A stretch of 64,000 nt of DNA from Actinomycetota bacterium (lineage in GTDB: Bacteria > Actinomycetota > Coriobacteriia > Anaerosomatales > PHET01): positions 179,463-243,462 of the forward strand of contig JAJUJM010000001.1 of the NCBI GenBank assembly GCA_029265315.1, given 5' to 3'. The position numbers were made by a program, and so were the translations under genes. Positions 17,989 to 26,848 of the stretch are shown one piece after another. How positions within the stretch are numbered: position 1 is the first letter of the stretch; each line of letters begins with the position of its first letter. The notes below the pieces were generated by a model. That model had not been told where the DNA came from. It saw only the letters and a list, made by a program, of their open reading frames with translations, and did not search any database.

Positions 17989-19200
17989 ATGCGAGGAAGG
18001 ATTCTGAGATTGTCGATGGCGGTGCTGGAGGCAGCGCTGGCAGCAGCGCTGGCGGTCACGCTTGTGGCGTGTTCTGCGCCGACATCGCCCAAGCCCGACG
18101 CGGGCGAAGGGGGAGAGAAGAGCGGAGAACCCATCAAGATCGGCGCCGTGGTCTCGCTCACGGGCACGTATGCAGGACTCGGGGAGCCGGAGAAGGCGAC
18201 CCTCGAGATGGAAGTCGAGCGCATCAATGCAGCTGGTGGCATCAATGGTCGTCCCATCGAGCTGATCATCGAAGATGACGCCACCGATGAGGCCAAAGCT
18301 GTCGCCGCTGCAGCGAAGCTCATCGAACAGGACAAGGTCATCGCCATCATCGGCGCGACCGGCACGGGTCAGACGATGGCGATGCGCGGCGACATCCAGC
18401 GCGCTGGCGTCCCTCAGGTCTCGATGGCGGGTGGCACCGTCATAACCGCCCAGTTCGACCCGCTGGTCTTCGCGACACCATGGTCCAACACGATCGTGGT
18501 TCCGTACACGCTCGAGGCCCTCAAGGCCGACGGCATCACCAAGATCGCCGTGATCAGTGATTCAGGTGGATTCGGCAAGGACGGAGTCGCGGTCCTTCAG
18601 GCCGAGGCTCCCAAGGCGGGAATCGAGATCGTCGCCAACGAGACGTTCAATCCCGGCGACACGGACATGACCGCCCAGCTGACCAAGATCAAGGGCACCG
18701 CCGCTCAAGCGCTGGTGATGTGGTCGGCCGGCAAGGAGGCCGCCACCGTCGTCAAGAACGCGAGGGACCTGGGCCTTGAGCTTCCCATCTACGGCAGCCA
18801 CGGCAACGCTCGCAAGGAGTTCGCAGAAGGTGCGGGGGAGGCCGGTGACGGCGTACGTTTCGCGGCAGGCAAGATACTGGTTCCCGAGACGTACGGGGAA
18901 GGCACGGAAGCGTACAAGGTCGCAACTGACTTCATCGCCCGTTTCACTGAGAAGACCGGGTCTGCGCCGTCCACCTTCGCTGGGCACGCCTATGACGCGC
19001 TGTATCTGATCGTCGAGGCCGCAAAGCGTGTTCAGGGCGAACTCACGCCGGCCGCGTTGCGCGACGAGATCGAGAAGACCTCAGGGTTCGTCGGGATCGG
19101 CGGGACCTTCAACATGTCGCCGACCGATCACAACGGTCTGACGAAGGACGACCTGACACTGTATGAGGTCAAGGACGGCGCGTTCACCGTCGTGAAGTAG
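17989..19200 (+). CDS. Branched-chain amino acid ABC transporter substrate-binding lipoprotein (LivJ/K family), copy 1
   Basis: Lipobox LVACS. IKIGAVVSLTGTYAGLGEPE is typical of type I periplasmic binding proteins. RBS ggaggtaagggag. Confidence 0.9.
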   Translation: MRGRILRLSMAVLEAALAAALAVTLVACSAPTSPKPDAGEGGEKSGEPIKIGAVVSLTGTYAGLGEPEKATLEMEVERINAAGGINGRPIELIIEDDATDEAKAVAAAAKLIEQDKVIAIIGATGTGQTMAMRGDIQRAGVPQVSMAGGTVITAQFDPLVFATPWSNTIVVPYTLEALKADGITKIAVISDSGGFGKDGVAVLQAEAPKAGIEIVANETFNPGDTDMTAQLTKIKGTAAQALVMWSAGKEAATVVKNARDLGLELPIYGSHGNARKEFAEGAGEAGDGVRFAAGKILVPETYGEGTEAYKVATDFIARFTEKTGSAPSTFAGHAYDALYLIVEAAKRVQGELTPAALRDEIEKTSGFVGIGGTFNMSPTDHNGLTKDDLTLYEVKDGAFTVVK

Positions 19201-19216
19201 CACTTGTCCGGAGTCT

Positions 19217-19254
19217 GGTGGTGCGGGCGGGGACGAGGCCTCGCCCGCACCACC
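19217..19254 (+). terminator. Strong intercistronic hairpin between the two substrate-binding protein genes
   Basis: Perfect 13-bp stem GGTGGTGCGGGCG / CGCCCGCACCACC with a 12-nt loop and no U-tract. It could be a partial terminator or an mRNA stabiliser. Confidence 0.55.
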
Positions 19255-19274
19255 AACATCGAGGGGAGCCTGAG

Positions 19275-20456
19275 GTGGATCGTTGGGTGGAACGGTTGAG
19301 CGTGTCGCTGGTCTTCGTCCTTCTCGTAGCGATGCTGTTCGGGTGTGCTGGCGGCACGAAAGACGCGGCTGACGAAGGGCCTAAGCCAGTCAAGATAGGC
19401 GCCGTACTCTCGTTGACTGGGACCTACGCTGGTCTGGGTGAGGCGGAGAAGCGGGCATTGGAACTCGAGGTCGATCGAATCAATGCCTCAGGCGGCATCG
19501 CTGGTGCTCCGATCGAACTCATCATCGAAGACGATGGGACCGACGAGGCGAAGGCGGTGGCAGCCGCCGCGAAGCTCATCGAGCAGGACGGGGTCGTCGC
19601 GCTGATCGGAGCATCGGGTACGGGCCAGACGATGGCGATGCGCGGTGATGTCAAGCGCGCTGGCGTCCCGCAGATATCCCTCGCCGGCGGTACCGTGGTC
19701 ACGGGAGAGTTCGACCCGCTTGTGTTCCAGACCCCCTGGTCAAACCGTATCGTCGTACCGTTCGTCTTGGAAGCGATCAATCGCGCTGGGCATACCAAGG
19801 TCGCTTTGTTGTCCGACTCCGGCGGGTACGGCAAGGACGGTCGTGCCGTCATCATGGAGAACGTGGCAAGCGCCGGCATCGAGCTCGTTGCTGACGAGAC
19901 CTTCAATCCCGGGGACACCGACCTGACCGCACAGCTCACCCGTATCAAGGCGAGCGGCGCGCAGGCCGTGTTGTTGTGGACGGCGGGTAAAGAAGCCGCG
20001 GTCGCAGTCAAGTCCGCCCGCGAACTCGGTCTTGATCAGCCGTTCTTCGGCGGCTCTGGTCAGGCGCGCGTGGAATTCATCGAGGGCGCAGGTGAGGCAG
20101 CTGAAGGGTTCATCTTCGGTACTGGGAAGAGCCTGGTTCCCGCGAACTGGGGTGAGGGCTCCGTCCAGTTCGAGACGGTCTCTGATTTCGCGACTCGGTT
20201 CGAGACCGCGTACGGAGAACAGCCCGATATCTTCGCCGGTCATGCGTTCGATGCGTTGACGATTCTCGCCGACGCGCTCGACCGTGTCGGGCCGGACGCC
20301 TCACCGCAGGAGCTGAGAGACGCGATAGAGGCGACGAATGGTGTCGTTGGCTTCGGTGGGACGTTCACGTTCAGCAAGACCGACCATAACGGCCTGACCA
20401 CCGATGATCTGGCCTTGTACACGGTCGAATCGGGCAAATGGGTGCCGGTGAAGTGA
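19275..20456 (+). CDS. Branched-chain amino acid ABC transporter substrate-binding lipoprotein, copy 2 (tandem paralog)
   Basis: Lipobox LFGCAG. Long stretches are identical or similar to copy 1 (TDEAKAVAAAAKLIEQD, TGQTMAMRGD). The start is placed after the 19217-19254 hairpin. The ORF track starts at 19218. Confidence 0.85.
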   Translation: MDRWVERLSVSLVFVLLVAMLFGCAGGTKDAADEGPKPVKIGAVLSLTGTYAGLGEAEKRALELEVDRINASGGIAGAPIELIIEDDGTDEAKAVAAAAKLIEQDGVVALIGASGTGQTMAMRGDVKRAGVPQISLAGGTVVTGEFDPLVFQTPWSNRIVVPFVLEAINRAGHTKVALLSDSGGYGKDGRAVIMENVASAGIELVADETFNPGDTDLTAQLTRIKASGAQAVLLWTAGKEAAVAVKSARELGLDQPFFGGSGQARVEFIEGAGEAAEGFIFGTGKSLVPANWGEGSVQFETVSDFATRFETAYGEQPDIFAGHAFDALTILADALDRVGPDASPQELRDAIEATNGVVGFGGTFTFSKTDHNGLTTDDLALYTVESGKWVPVK

Positions 20457-20498
20457 CAAATAGGGTTCCACAGGAAGCCTGGTATGCAATGCGGGACC

Positions 20499-21374
20499 AT
20501 GGTGGCTGAGCTCCTCCAGTTCATCATCGCCGGTCTCAAGAGCGGTGCCGTATACGCGTTGGTCGCCTTGGGCTTCACGATCGTCTTCGGGGCCACCGGA
20601 GCGATCAACTTCGCGCAGGGCGAGTTCTACATGCTCGGAGGGATGACCGGCGTCCTCCTGACGACGTGGGGAGTTCCGCTTCCTTTGGCGGTTGTCGGCG
20701 CGGTCATGCTCACAGCCGTCATCGGTGCCGCGTTCGAGCTTGTCGCCGTGCGGCCGATCGCGTCCGGGGACCCCCTGCGGATCATCATGGTGACGATCGG
20801 TGGGTCGGTCGTGCTGCGACAAGCCGCACTGCATCTGTTCGGTCCCGACGAGCGCGCGCTGCGGCCATTCACGGCTGGACCGTCACTACGGCTGTTGGGC
20901 GCTGCAGTGGAGCGTCAGACCCTGTGGGTGTGGGCCATCACGGCGATGGCCGTCGTCGTTCTGGCGGTCGTGTATCGCCAAACCATGTTCGGAAAGGCGA
21001 TGCGTGCGACATCCATTCGTCGCGACGCCGCCCGTCTGGTTGGTATCGACGCGTCCGCGATGGTGACCGCGTCCTTCGGTCTGGCTGCTGCTCTTGGAGC
21101 GCTGGGCGGACTCGTCGTCGCACCGCTCACCCAGACGGCGTTCTACGTGGGGTCCGGGATGGGCGTCAAGGGTTTCGCGGCCGCGATCCTTGGCGGACTG
21201 GGCAATCCCGTGGCAGCGGTCGGTGGTGGCCTCATACTGGGGCTTCTGGAGAGCTTGACCGCTGGATATCTCGATCCGTTGTACAAGGATGCAGTGGCGC
21301 TGGTCGTCCTCCTTGGTGTTCTCTTCTTGCGCCCGCAGGGTCTTCTGGGTGGGCGCGGGACGGAGAAGGTGTGA
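20499..21374 (+). CDS. livH: Branched-chain amino acid ABC transporter permease
   Basis: LLQFIIAGLKSGAVYALVALGFTIVFG...INFAQGEFYMLG is a typical LivH N-terminus. Confidence 0.9.
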   Translation: MVAELLQFIIAGLKSGAVYALVALGFTIVFGATGAINFAQGEFYMLGGMTGVLLTTWGVPLPLAVVGAVMLTAVIGAAFELVAVRPIASGDPLRIIMVTIGGSVVLRQAALHLFGPDERALRPFTAGPSLRLLGAAVERQTLWVWAITAMAVVVLAVVYRQTMFGKAMRATSIRRDAARLVGIDASAMVTASFGLAAALGALGGLVVAPLTQTAFYVGSGMGVKGFAAAILGGLGNPVAAVGGGLILGLLESLTAGYLDPLYKDAVALVVLLGVLFLRPQGLLGGRGTEKV

Positions 21375-21378
21375 GGAA

Positions 21379-22350
21379 ATGAGGACCGTCCGCGCCCTTG
21401 CTCCGTATCTGGTCGCGATCGTCGTGGCGGCGGGACCGTTCCTCACCGACGATCGCTTCCTGCTCAAGGTGTTGACGTTCGTTGGCCTGAATGCGCTCGT
21501 CATCGTCGGCCTCGCACTGTTGTTCGGGTTCGCGGGTCAGGTATCTCTGGGTCACGCCGCGTTCGTCGGCTTGGGCGCTTACGCGAGTGCTGTCTGCAGC
21601 GTTCGTTTCGGCTGGCCGTGGATCGTGGGCTTCATCGCCGCTGGTTCACTCGCCGCGCTGGGCGGACTCATTCTGGCCTTACCCAGCCTGCGTCTGAAGG
21701 GTCACTACCTCGCGATGGCGACCCTCGGTTTCGGCGAGCTGGCCTCTCTGGCGTTCGTTGAGGCGGAGCCGGTGACGGGAGGCGTTGACGGTTTCTCTGG
21801 CATACCCTTCCCGAGTATCGGTGGATTCGAGTTTCGTGAGCCGGCTGCACTGTACTGGCTCGTGTGGGCGATCGTCGGTATCGCGGTCCTGCTGGCAACC
21901 AACTTGACCGCACTTCGACCCGGGAGGGCGATGCGGGCACTGCATGGTAGCGAGCTGGGCGCCCTTGCCAGTGGCGTGGACACCACCGGGATCAAGGTCC
22001 GCGTATTCGTGCTCAGTGCCACCCTCGCCGGTCTTGCGGGTGCGCTGTACGCCTCGGTCGTGGGCTTCGTGTCGCCCAGTGTCTTCACCGTCGGGTCGTC
22101 TGTGACCTTTCTCGCGATGGCTGTCATCGGTGGTACTGGCTCGCTCGCTGGTCCGCTTGTGGCCGCTACAGCGCTCACGCTGGTTCAGTACCTCGATGCT
22201 TTGATTCCGGGGATATCGCGCGACACCGCTCGCATCGTGCAGTCATTCCAGGAAGACGTGTACGGTATGTCGATCGTCCTTGTGGTCTTGCTCGCCCCGC
22301 GAGGTGTGTCGGGCCTGCTCAAGCGTCTGGGAAGTGTGGGTCGCCCATGA
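21379..22350 (+). CDS. livM: Branched-chain amino acid ABC transporter permease
   Basis: LLFGFAGQVSLGHAAFVGLGAYA is the LivM signature. The ATG at 21379 lies 5 nt after the livH stop. Confidence 0.9.
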   Translation: MRTVRALAPYLVAIVVAAGPFLTDDRFLLKVLTFVGLNALVIVGLALLFGFAGQVSLGHAAFVGLGAYASAVCSVRFGWPWIVGFIAAGSLAALGGLILALPSLRLKGHYLAMATLGFGELASLAFVEAEPVTGGVDGFSGIPFPSIGGFEFREPAALYWLVWAIVGIAVLLATNLTALRPGRAMRALHGSELGALASGVDTTGIKVRVFVLSATLAGLAGALYASVVGFVSPSVFTVGSSVTFLAMAVIGGTGSLAGPLVAATALTLVQYLDALIPGISRDTARIVQSFQEDVYGMSIVLVVLLAPRGVSGLLKRLGSVGRP

Positions 22351-23117
22351 CCATGCTCAAGGTCAGAGGCGTGAGCAGGCGTTTCGGCGGACTGACTGCC
22401 GTCGATGACGTGTCGTTTGATGTCCATGAGGGTCAGATCAAGGCACTGATCGGACCGAACGGTGCGGGCAAGTCGACGCTGTTCAACTGCGTGACGGGTT
22501 TCGACACGCCTCACGAGGGCTCGGTCGAATTCAAAGGCCAGCAGCTGGTCGGACGAAGGCCACAGGTGGCCGTTCAGATGGGGTTGGCGCGGACGTTCCA
22601 GAACACCCAGCTGTTCGATGAGATGACAGCCCACGAGAACGTCATGGTCGGAGCGGCGGCCAGACACGCAGCGGGCTTCTTCGCCGCGGCCCTCAGGCTG
22701 CCCACGGCACTCGCGCAGGAACAAGAGGCGGCGGCGACCGCTTCTCGACTGTTGCGTCGCACCGGTATCGAGGAGTGGGCCGACACATTTGCTGCCGACC
22801 TGCCTGCCGGGATCAGGAGGCTCGTGGAGATAGCGCGTGCTCTTGCCACGGATCCGAGCATGGTCCTGCTCGATGAGCCCGCGGCCGGACTCAACGCCAC
22901 GGAGACAGCTGAGCTGGTGGAGACGTTGCGTCGCATCCGTGACGATGGGGTCACGGTGCTCGTCGTGGAGCACGACATGGGACTCGTGATGGAGGTATCG
23001 GACGAGATTCTGGTGCTCGATCGCGGGAAGAAGATCGCCGAGGGGCCGCCGAGGATGATCCAGAAAGACCCACTGGTCATCGCGGCTTACCTGGGTGAGG
23101 AGTCTGACGATGGCTGA
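22347..23117 (+). CDS. livG: Branched-chain amino acid ABC transporter ATP-binding protein
   Basis: Walker A GPNGAGKST, LSGG-type region, Walker B MVLLDEPAAGL. Confidence 0.9.
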   Translation: MTMLKVRGVSRRFGGLTAVDDVSFDVHEGQIKALIGPNGAGKSTLFNCVTGFDTPHEGSVEFKGQQLVGRRPQVAVQMGLARTFQNTQLFDEMTAHENVMVGAAARHAAGFFAAALRLPTALAQEQEAAATASRLLRRTGIEEWADTFAADLPAGIRRLVEIARALATDPSMVLLDEPAAGLNATETAELVETLRRIRDDGVTVLVVEHDMGLVMEVSDEILVLDRGKKIAEGPPRMIQKDPLVIAAYLGEESDDG

Positions 23118-23847
23118 GGTGCTCCTTTCGGTCGAAGGTCTCCACGCAGGCTATGGGCATGCCGCAGTGTTGCATGGGGTCGATGTGGAAGTGTCGGAGG
23201 GCGAGCTGGTCGCGCTGATCGGAGCGAACGGTGCCGGCAAGTCGACCCTGCTCAAGACCATCGTCGGCCTCGTGCGTGCGAAAAGCGGTGCCATCACATT
23301 CGCCGGAGATCGCATTGACACTGCGAGACCGGAAGACCTGGTGCGCTGTGGCGTGGCACTGGTTCCTGAGGGGCGCATGCTCTTCGGACCGATGACGGTG
23401 CTCGAGAACCTTGAATTGGGGGCATACGCTTCCAAGGATCGTGCAAGAGCGATCGAGGAGGGGCTCGCCAGAGTCGAGGCCCTGTTCCCGGTCTTGGCGG
23501 AGAGGGCCGGTCAGCCTGCTGCGACCCTTTCCGGGGGCGAGCAGCAGATGCTCGCGATAGCCCGCGCTCTGATGTGCTCGCCGCGACTCCTCTTGCTCGA
23601 TGAGCCGTCCTTGGGCCTGGCTCCGCTCGTCATCGGCGAGATCTTCTCAGCTTTGGACCGTCTGCGTGCCGAGGGGGTCACGGTGCTTCTGGTCGAGCAG
23701 GACGCGCGCCTTGCGCTCAAGCATGCGGACCGCGGGTACGTGATGCGTACCGGGCGTATCGTGCTCGAGGGGCGGTCGTCCGAGCTTCTGGCGGATGACA
23801 GCGTGAGTCGCATCTACTTGGGCGGCGAGGTCGGTCAGCACAGGTGA
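23110..23847 (+). CDS. livF: Branched-chain amino acid ABC transporter ATP-binding protein
   Basis: Walker A GANGAGKST, signature LSGGEQQML, Walker B LLLLDEPSLGL. ATG overlaps the livG stop. Confidence 0.9.
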   Translation: MAEVLLSVEGLHAGYGHAAVLHGVDVEVSEGELVALIGANGAGKSTLLKTIVGLVRAKSGAITFAGDRIDTARPEDLVRCGVALVPEGRMLFGPMTVLENLELGAYASKDRARAIEEGLARVEALFPVLAERAGQPAATLSGGEQQMLAIARALMCSPRLLLLDEPSLGLAPLVIGEIFSALDRLRAEGVTVLLVEQDARLALKHADRGYVMRTGRIVLEGRSSELLADDSVSRIYLGGEVGQHR

Positions 23848-23892
23848 GACCCGGCCTGTCGCCGATGTCGGTTCTACGAGGGAGCGTGGAGC

Positions 23893-25197
23893 GTGCCTAT
23901 CTGGAATCCTGAATACGAGTGCATGGAACGAGCGGCCCTGCGCGCTCTGCAGCTGAGGCGTCTGCAGATGACGGTTGGTTGGGTCTACGAGCGTGTGCCG
24001 TACTATCGCGAGCTCATGGATGCGAGCGGCGTCAAGCCTCGTGACATACGCGATCTCGCGGATGTGACCCTGCTTCCGTTCACCGACAAGACCGCCCTGC
24101 GGGACACGTATCCTTTCGGGATGTTCGCCCTGCCGTTGGACGAAGTCGTCCGCGTGCACAGTTCCAGTGGCACCACCGGCAAGCCGATCGTGGTGGGATA
24201 CTCGCGAGGCGACATAAACACATGGACCGAGCTCACCGCTCGTGTCGCGGCAGCGGCCGGGGTCCATCGCGGCGACCTTGTCGACATGGCTTTCCTGTAC
24301 GGGATGTTCACCGGTGGCTGGGGGATGCACTACGGCATCGAGCGCATCGGCGCGACGATCATCCCCGCAGGGAGCGGTCAGACCGAGCGCCATCTGATGA
24401 TGATGGCCGATTTCGGGACGACGGTTCTGGTCTCGACACCGAGCTACGCGCTCTACCTGGCGGAACAAGGCGAACAGATGGGGGTGGACTTCTCCGCACT
24501 TCCACTGCGACTTGGCTTGTTCGGCGGCGAACCCTGCTCGCTCAAGATGAAGGCCGAGATCGAATCGAAGCTGCATATCCGGGCAACTGACAACTACGGC
24601 CTCTCCGAGGTCATGGGTCCCGGGGTGAGTGGAGAGTGCGAGTGCGCTTGCGGACTCCACATCGCCGAAGACCACCTGCTCGCAGAGGTCGTGGACCCGC
24701 AGACCGGCGAGCAGCTCCCGCCGGGGGAGGAGGGCGAGCTCGTCATCACCACGCTCACCAAGGAGGCGTTTCCCGTCCTGCGGTACCGCACCCATGACCT
24801 GACGGTTCTGGACACGTCGCGGTGCGAATGCGGTCGTACGCTCGCCCGGATGAGTCGCGTGCGCCAGCGGACCGATGACATGCTCATAATCAGGGGCGTG
24901 AACGTCTTCCCAAGCCAGATCGAAGACGTGCTGTTCCAGATCGAAGGGGTGCGACCGCACTATCTGATCGTGGTGGACCGCAAGCGCAACCTTGATGACC
25001 TGGAGGTGCGCATTGAGGTCGAGGAACAGGTCTTTTCCGATATCATGGCGGACATGGTCGCATTCCAGACGGCGGTAGCCGATAAGCTGCAGTCCGTACT
25101 GGGTCTGCGTGCCAAGGTCACCCTCGTGGAGCCGGGCGCGATCGAGCGCTCTGCAGGCAAATCGAAGCGCGTCCTCGACCGCCGCGAGGAGATCTGA
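23893..25197 (+). CDS. Phenylacetate-CoA ligase family (PaaK-like) adenylate-forming enzyme, copy 2
   Basis: VHSSSGTTGKP, YGLSEVMGPG and TDDMLIIRGVNVFPSQIE. Collinear with the copy at 988..2292. Confidence 0.9.
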   Translation: MPIWNPEYECMERAALRALQLRRLQMTVGWVYERVPYYRELMDASGVKPRDIRDLADVTLLPFTDKTALRDTYPFGMFALPLDEVVRVHSSSGTTGKPIVVGYSRGDINTWTELTARVAAAAGVHRGDLVDMAFLYGMFTGGWGMHYGIERIGATIIPAGSGQTERHLMMMADFGTTVLVSTPSYALYLAEQGEQMGVDFSALPLRLGLFGGEPCSLKMKAEIESKLHIRATDNYGLSEVMGPGVSGECECACGLHIAEDHLLAEVVDPQTGEQLPPGEEGELVITTLTKEAFPVLRYRTHDLTVLDTSRCECGRTLARMSRVRQRTDDMLIIRGVNVFPSQIEDVLFQIEGVRPHYLIVVDRKRNLDDLEVRIEVEEQVFSDIMADMVAFQTAVADKLQSVLGLRAKVTLVEPGAIERSAGKSKRVLDRREEI

Positions 25198-25243
25198 GAA
25201 TGAGCCTGGGTCTTGCGGATATCGTCGACTCGGAGGTGACCTC

Positions 25244-25786
25244 GTGCCCGACTGGGCTACGATCGCCCTGTACGCCGGGGTTGTGATCCTGACCATCGCA
25301 TCAGTGGGTGGTGGGATCCTCGGCTGGCGCGCATACACGCGCCGTAAGCTCTTGGGCCTGCTGGTCAGGGCCGAGGCCGTCGATGCGGTGGGGAGGGGAT
25401 TGGCGGATGTCATGGCTCGTCTGGCTGAGGCGGACGATGAGGCATTGGCCGAGTTCGCCTCCGACCCACAGTCAAGCGAGAGGCGTGCGCTCCATGAGGT
25501 CGCCACTCGCGCCTCCATCCTGGCTGACGAGCTCGACAGGATGCCGCTGCCTCGCGGCCTCATCGTTCTAGCTGAAGAACTCGGCGATGCCGCGTATGTG
25601 GTGGCTCGTGAGGCTGCGCGCGTCGACGATGAGAGCACGGGAGCGGAAGCCCTCGACGGTCTTGCCGCGATCGACTTGATGGCGGTGAGGGGATACACCA
25701 AGCGGGCCCGAAGGAGTCTGACTGAAGCGTGCGACGCGATGGGTTTGGATGAGACGGCCGTATATGGCGGAGGTCTGTACCTGTGA
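25244..25786 (+). CDS. Hypothetical membrane-anchored helical protein
   Basis: GTG start after ggaggtgac. One N-terminal TM helix (IALYAGVVILTIASVGGGILGW) followed by an Ala/Glu-rich helical region. The longer ORF-track start overlaps the ligase gene. Confidence 0.55.
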   Translation: MPDWATIALYAGVVILTIASVGGGILGWRAYTRRKLLGLLVRAEAVDAVGRGLADVMARLAEADDEALAEFASDPQSSERRALHEVATRASILADELDRMPLPRGLIVLAEELGDAAYVVAREAARVDDESTGAEALDGLAAIDLMAVRGYTKRARRSLTEACDAMGLDETAVYGGGLYL

Positions 25787-26208
25787 ACGGTAGGTCAGTG
25801 AGGTATCTCCGAGCCGGCCTCGGCGCCGTGGTGCTCATCGCGCTCGTCCTTGTTGTGCGCGGCTGGTGGGGAGAGTACCGCGACGCGGTGAACAGAGCTT
25901 CGACGAACGAGGCTACGGCGACTGCATCCACTTCGGCTACCGTCTCCCCCGCACCGGACCCAGGGGAGGGGGGCGATAAGGCCGAGCCCGCTCCCCAGAA
26001 GGACAAGACCGGGTCAGTGACCGTGCTGATCGACGGGCTCAACTTCAGGCAGCGTCCCGCCGCGGACGCGAAGCCCATACGGGGCCTTCGTAAGGGAGAG
26101 GTGCTGACCGTGCTGTCGGAGCGTGCCGGATGGTATGAGGTGCGTTCGGCGGATGGCACGAAGGGATGGGTCTCGTCCAATCCGAACTACACGGAATTGG
26201 AGCGGTGA
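25783..26208 (+). CDS. Membrane-anchored bacterial SH3 (SH3b) domain protein
   Basis: N-terminal TM helix, low-complexity linker, and SH3_3-like C-terminus LNFRQRPAADAKPIRGLRKGEVLTVLSERAGWYEVRSADGTKGWV. 4-nt overlap with the upstream gene. Confidence 0.7.
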   Translation: MNGRSVRYLRAGLGAVVLIALVLVVRGWWGEYRDAVNRASTNEATATASTSATVSPAPDPGEGGDKAEPAPQKDKTGSVTVLIDGLNFRQRPAADAKPIRGLRKGEVLTVLSERAGWYEVRSADGTKGWVSSNPNYTELER

Positions 26209-26214
26209 GGTCAC

Positions 26215-26568
26215 GTGCGAGTGATTGGCGCAGCCGACGAGTTCTGGCGTGTGCGACTGACGCGCGTCGACATCAGTGACTCGCCTGATTTCGAGTGGCG
26301 TGATGACATCCTGTACCGTCGTCCGCCCCAAACCATGGGGCGCGAAGCTGAGGTCTGGAGGCTCGAAGCCGTACGGCTGGAAGACTATGAGGCGGTTGTC
26401 ATCATCGCCGAGTACGCCGATCGCGAGGAGGCCGAGGCGGCGCTGGCACAGGCCAAGGAAGACCTCGCTGATATGACGAAGTCACAGTTCGAGGAGGCAT
26501 ACCTCACGCCACCTGACGAGCTGTCGTTCCGCTTGTCGTCTTTGGACGACAGCTCTCCGGAGTTGTGA
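26215..26568 (+). CDS. Hypothetical acidic cytoplasmic protein
   Basis: GTG start 6 nt after the previous stop, with ggag/gagg upstream. I recognise no family. Confidence 0.5.
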   Translation: MRVIGAADEFWRVRLTRVDISDSPDFEWRDDILYRRPPQTMGREAEVWRLEAVRLEDYEAVVIIAEYADREEAEAALAQAKEDLADMTKSQFEEAYLTPPDELSFRLSSLDDSSPEL

Positions 26569-26786
26569 CGATCCACCGACGGCTCGTGTGTTTCGTGTGC
26601 CTCACGTCACGGTCCTCGAGTGCGATGCGAAGGCGGCCGTCACCAGCCGTCTGAGGAATGGGGACAACGCGCAGAATGCGGCAGATGACATAAGATATAT
26701 TATCAGACATTCAGAAGGCATGCCCCCCAGTCCGTGAGCGCGGTTTTCATTCACATGCGAGCTCATCATGCGACCGATGGCATCAG

Positions 26787-26821
26787 AGGGCCCCTGAGGC
26801 GTCATGCGCGCCAGGGGCCCT
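26787..26821. terminator. GC-rich hairpin in the convergent spacer (possible bidirectional terminator)
   Basis: 10-bp stem AGGGCCCCTG / CAGGGGCCCT with a 15-nt loop, between the convergent genes ending at 26568 (+) and 26849 (-). Confidence 0.45.
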
Positions 26822-26848
26822 GAGAATGCGCGAAGGCAGCGGGACGGA

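Noticed and set aside
23647-25701. 684-aa ORF on the minus strand
   Set aside because: It is entirely antisense to livF and the well-supported PaaK-like ligase gene. Its Ala/Arg/Ser/Pro-rich composition is typical of spurious antisense frames in high-GC DNA, and it carries no recognisable motifs.
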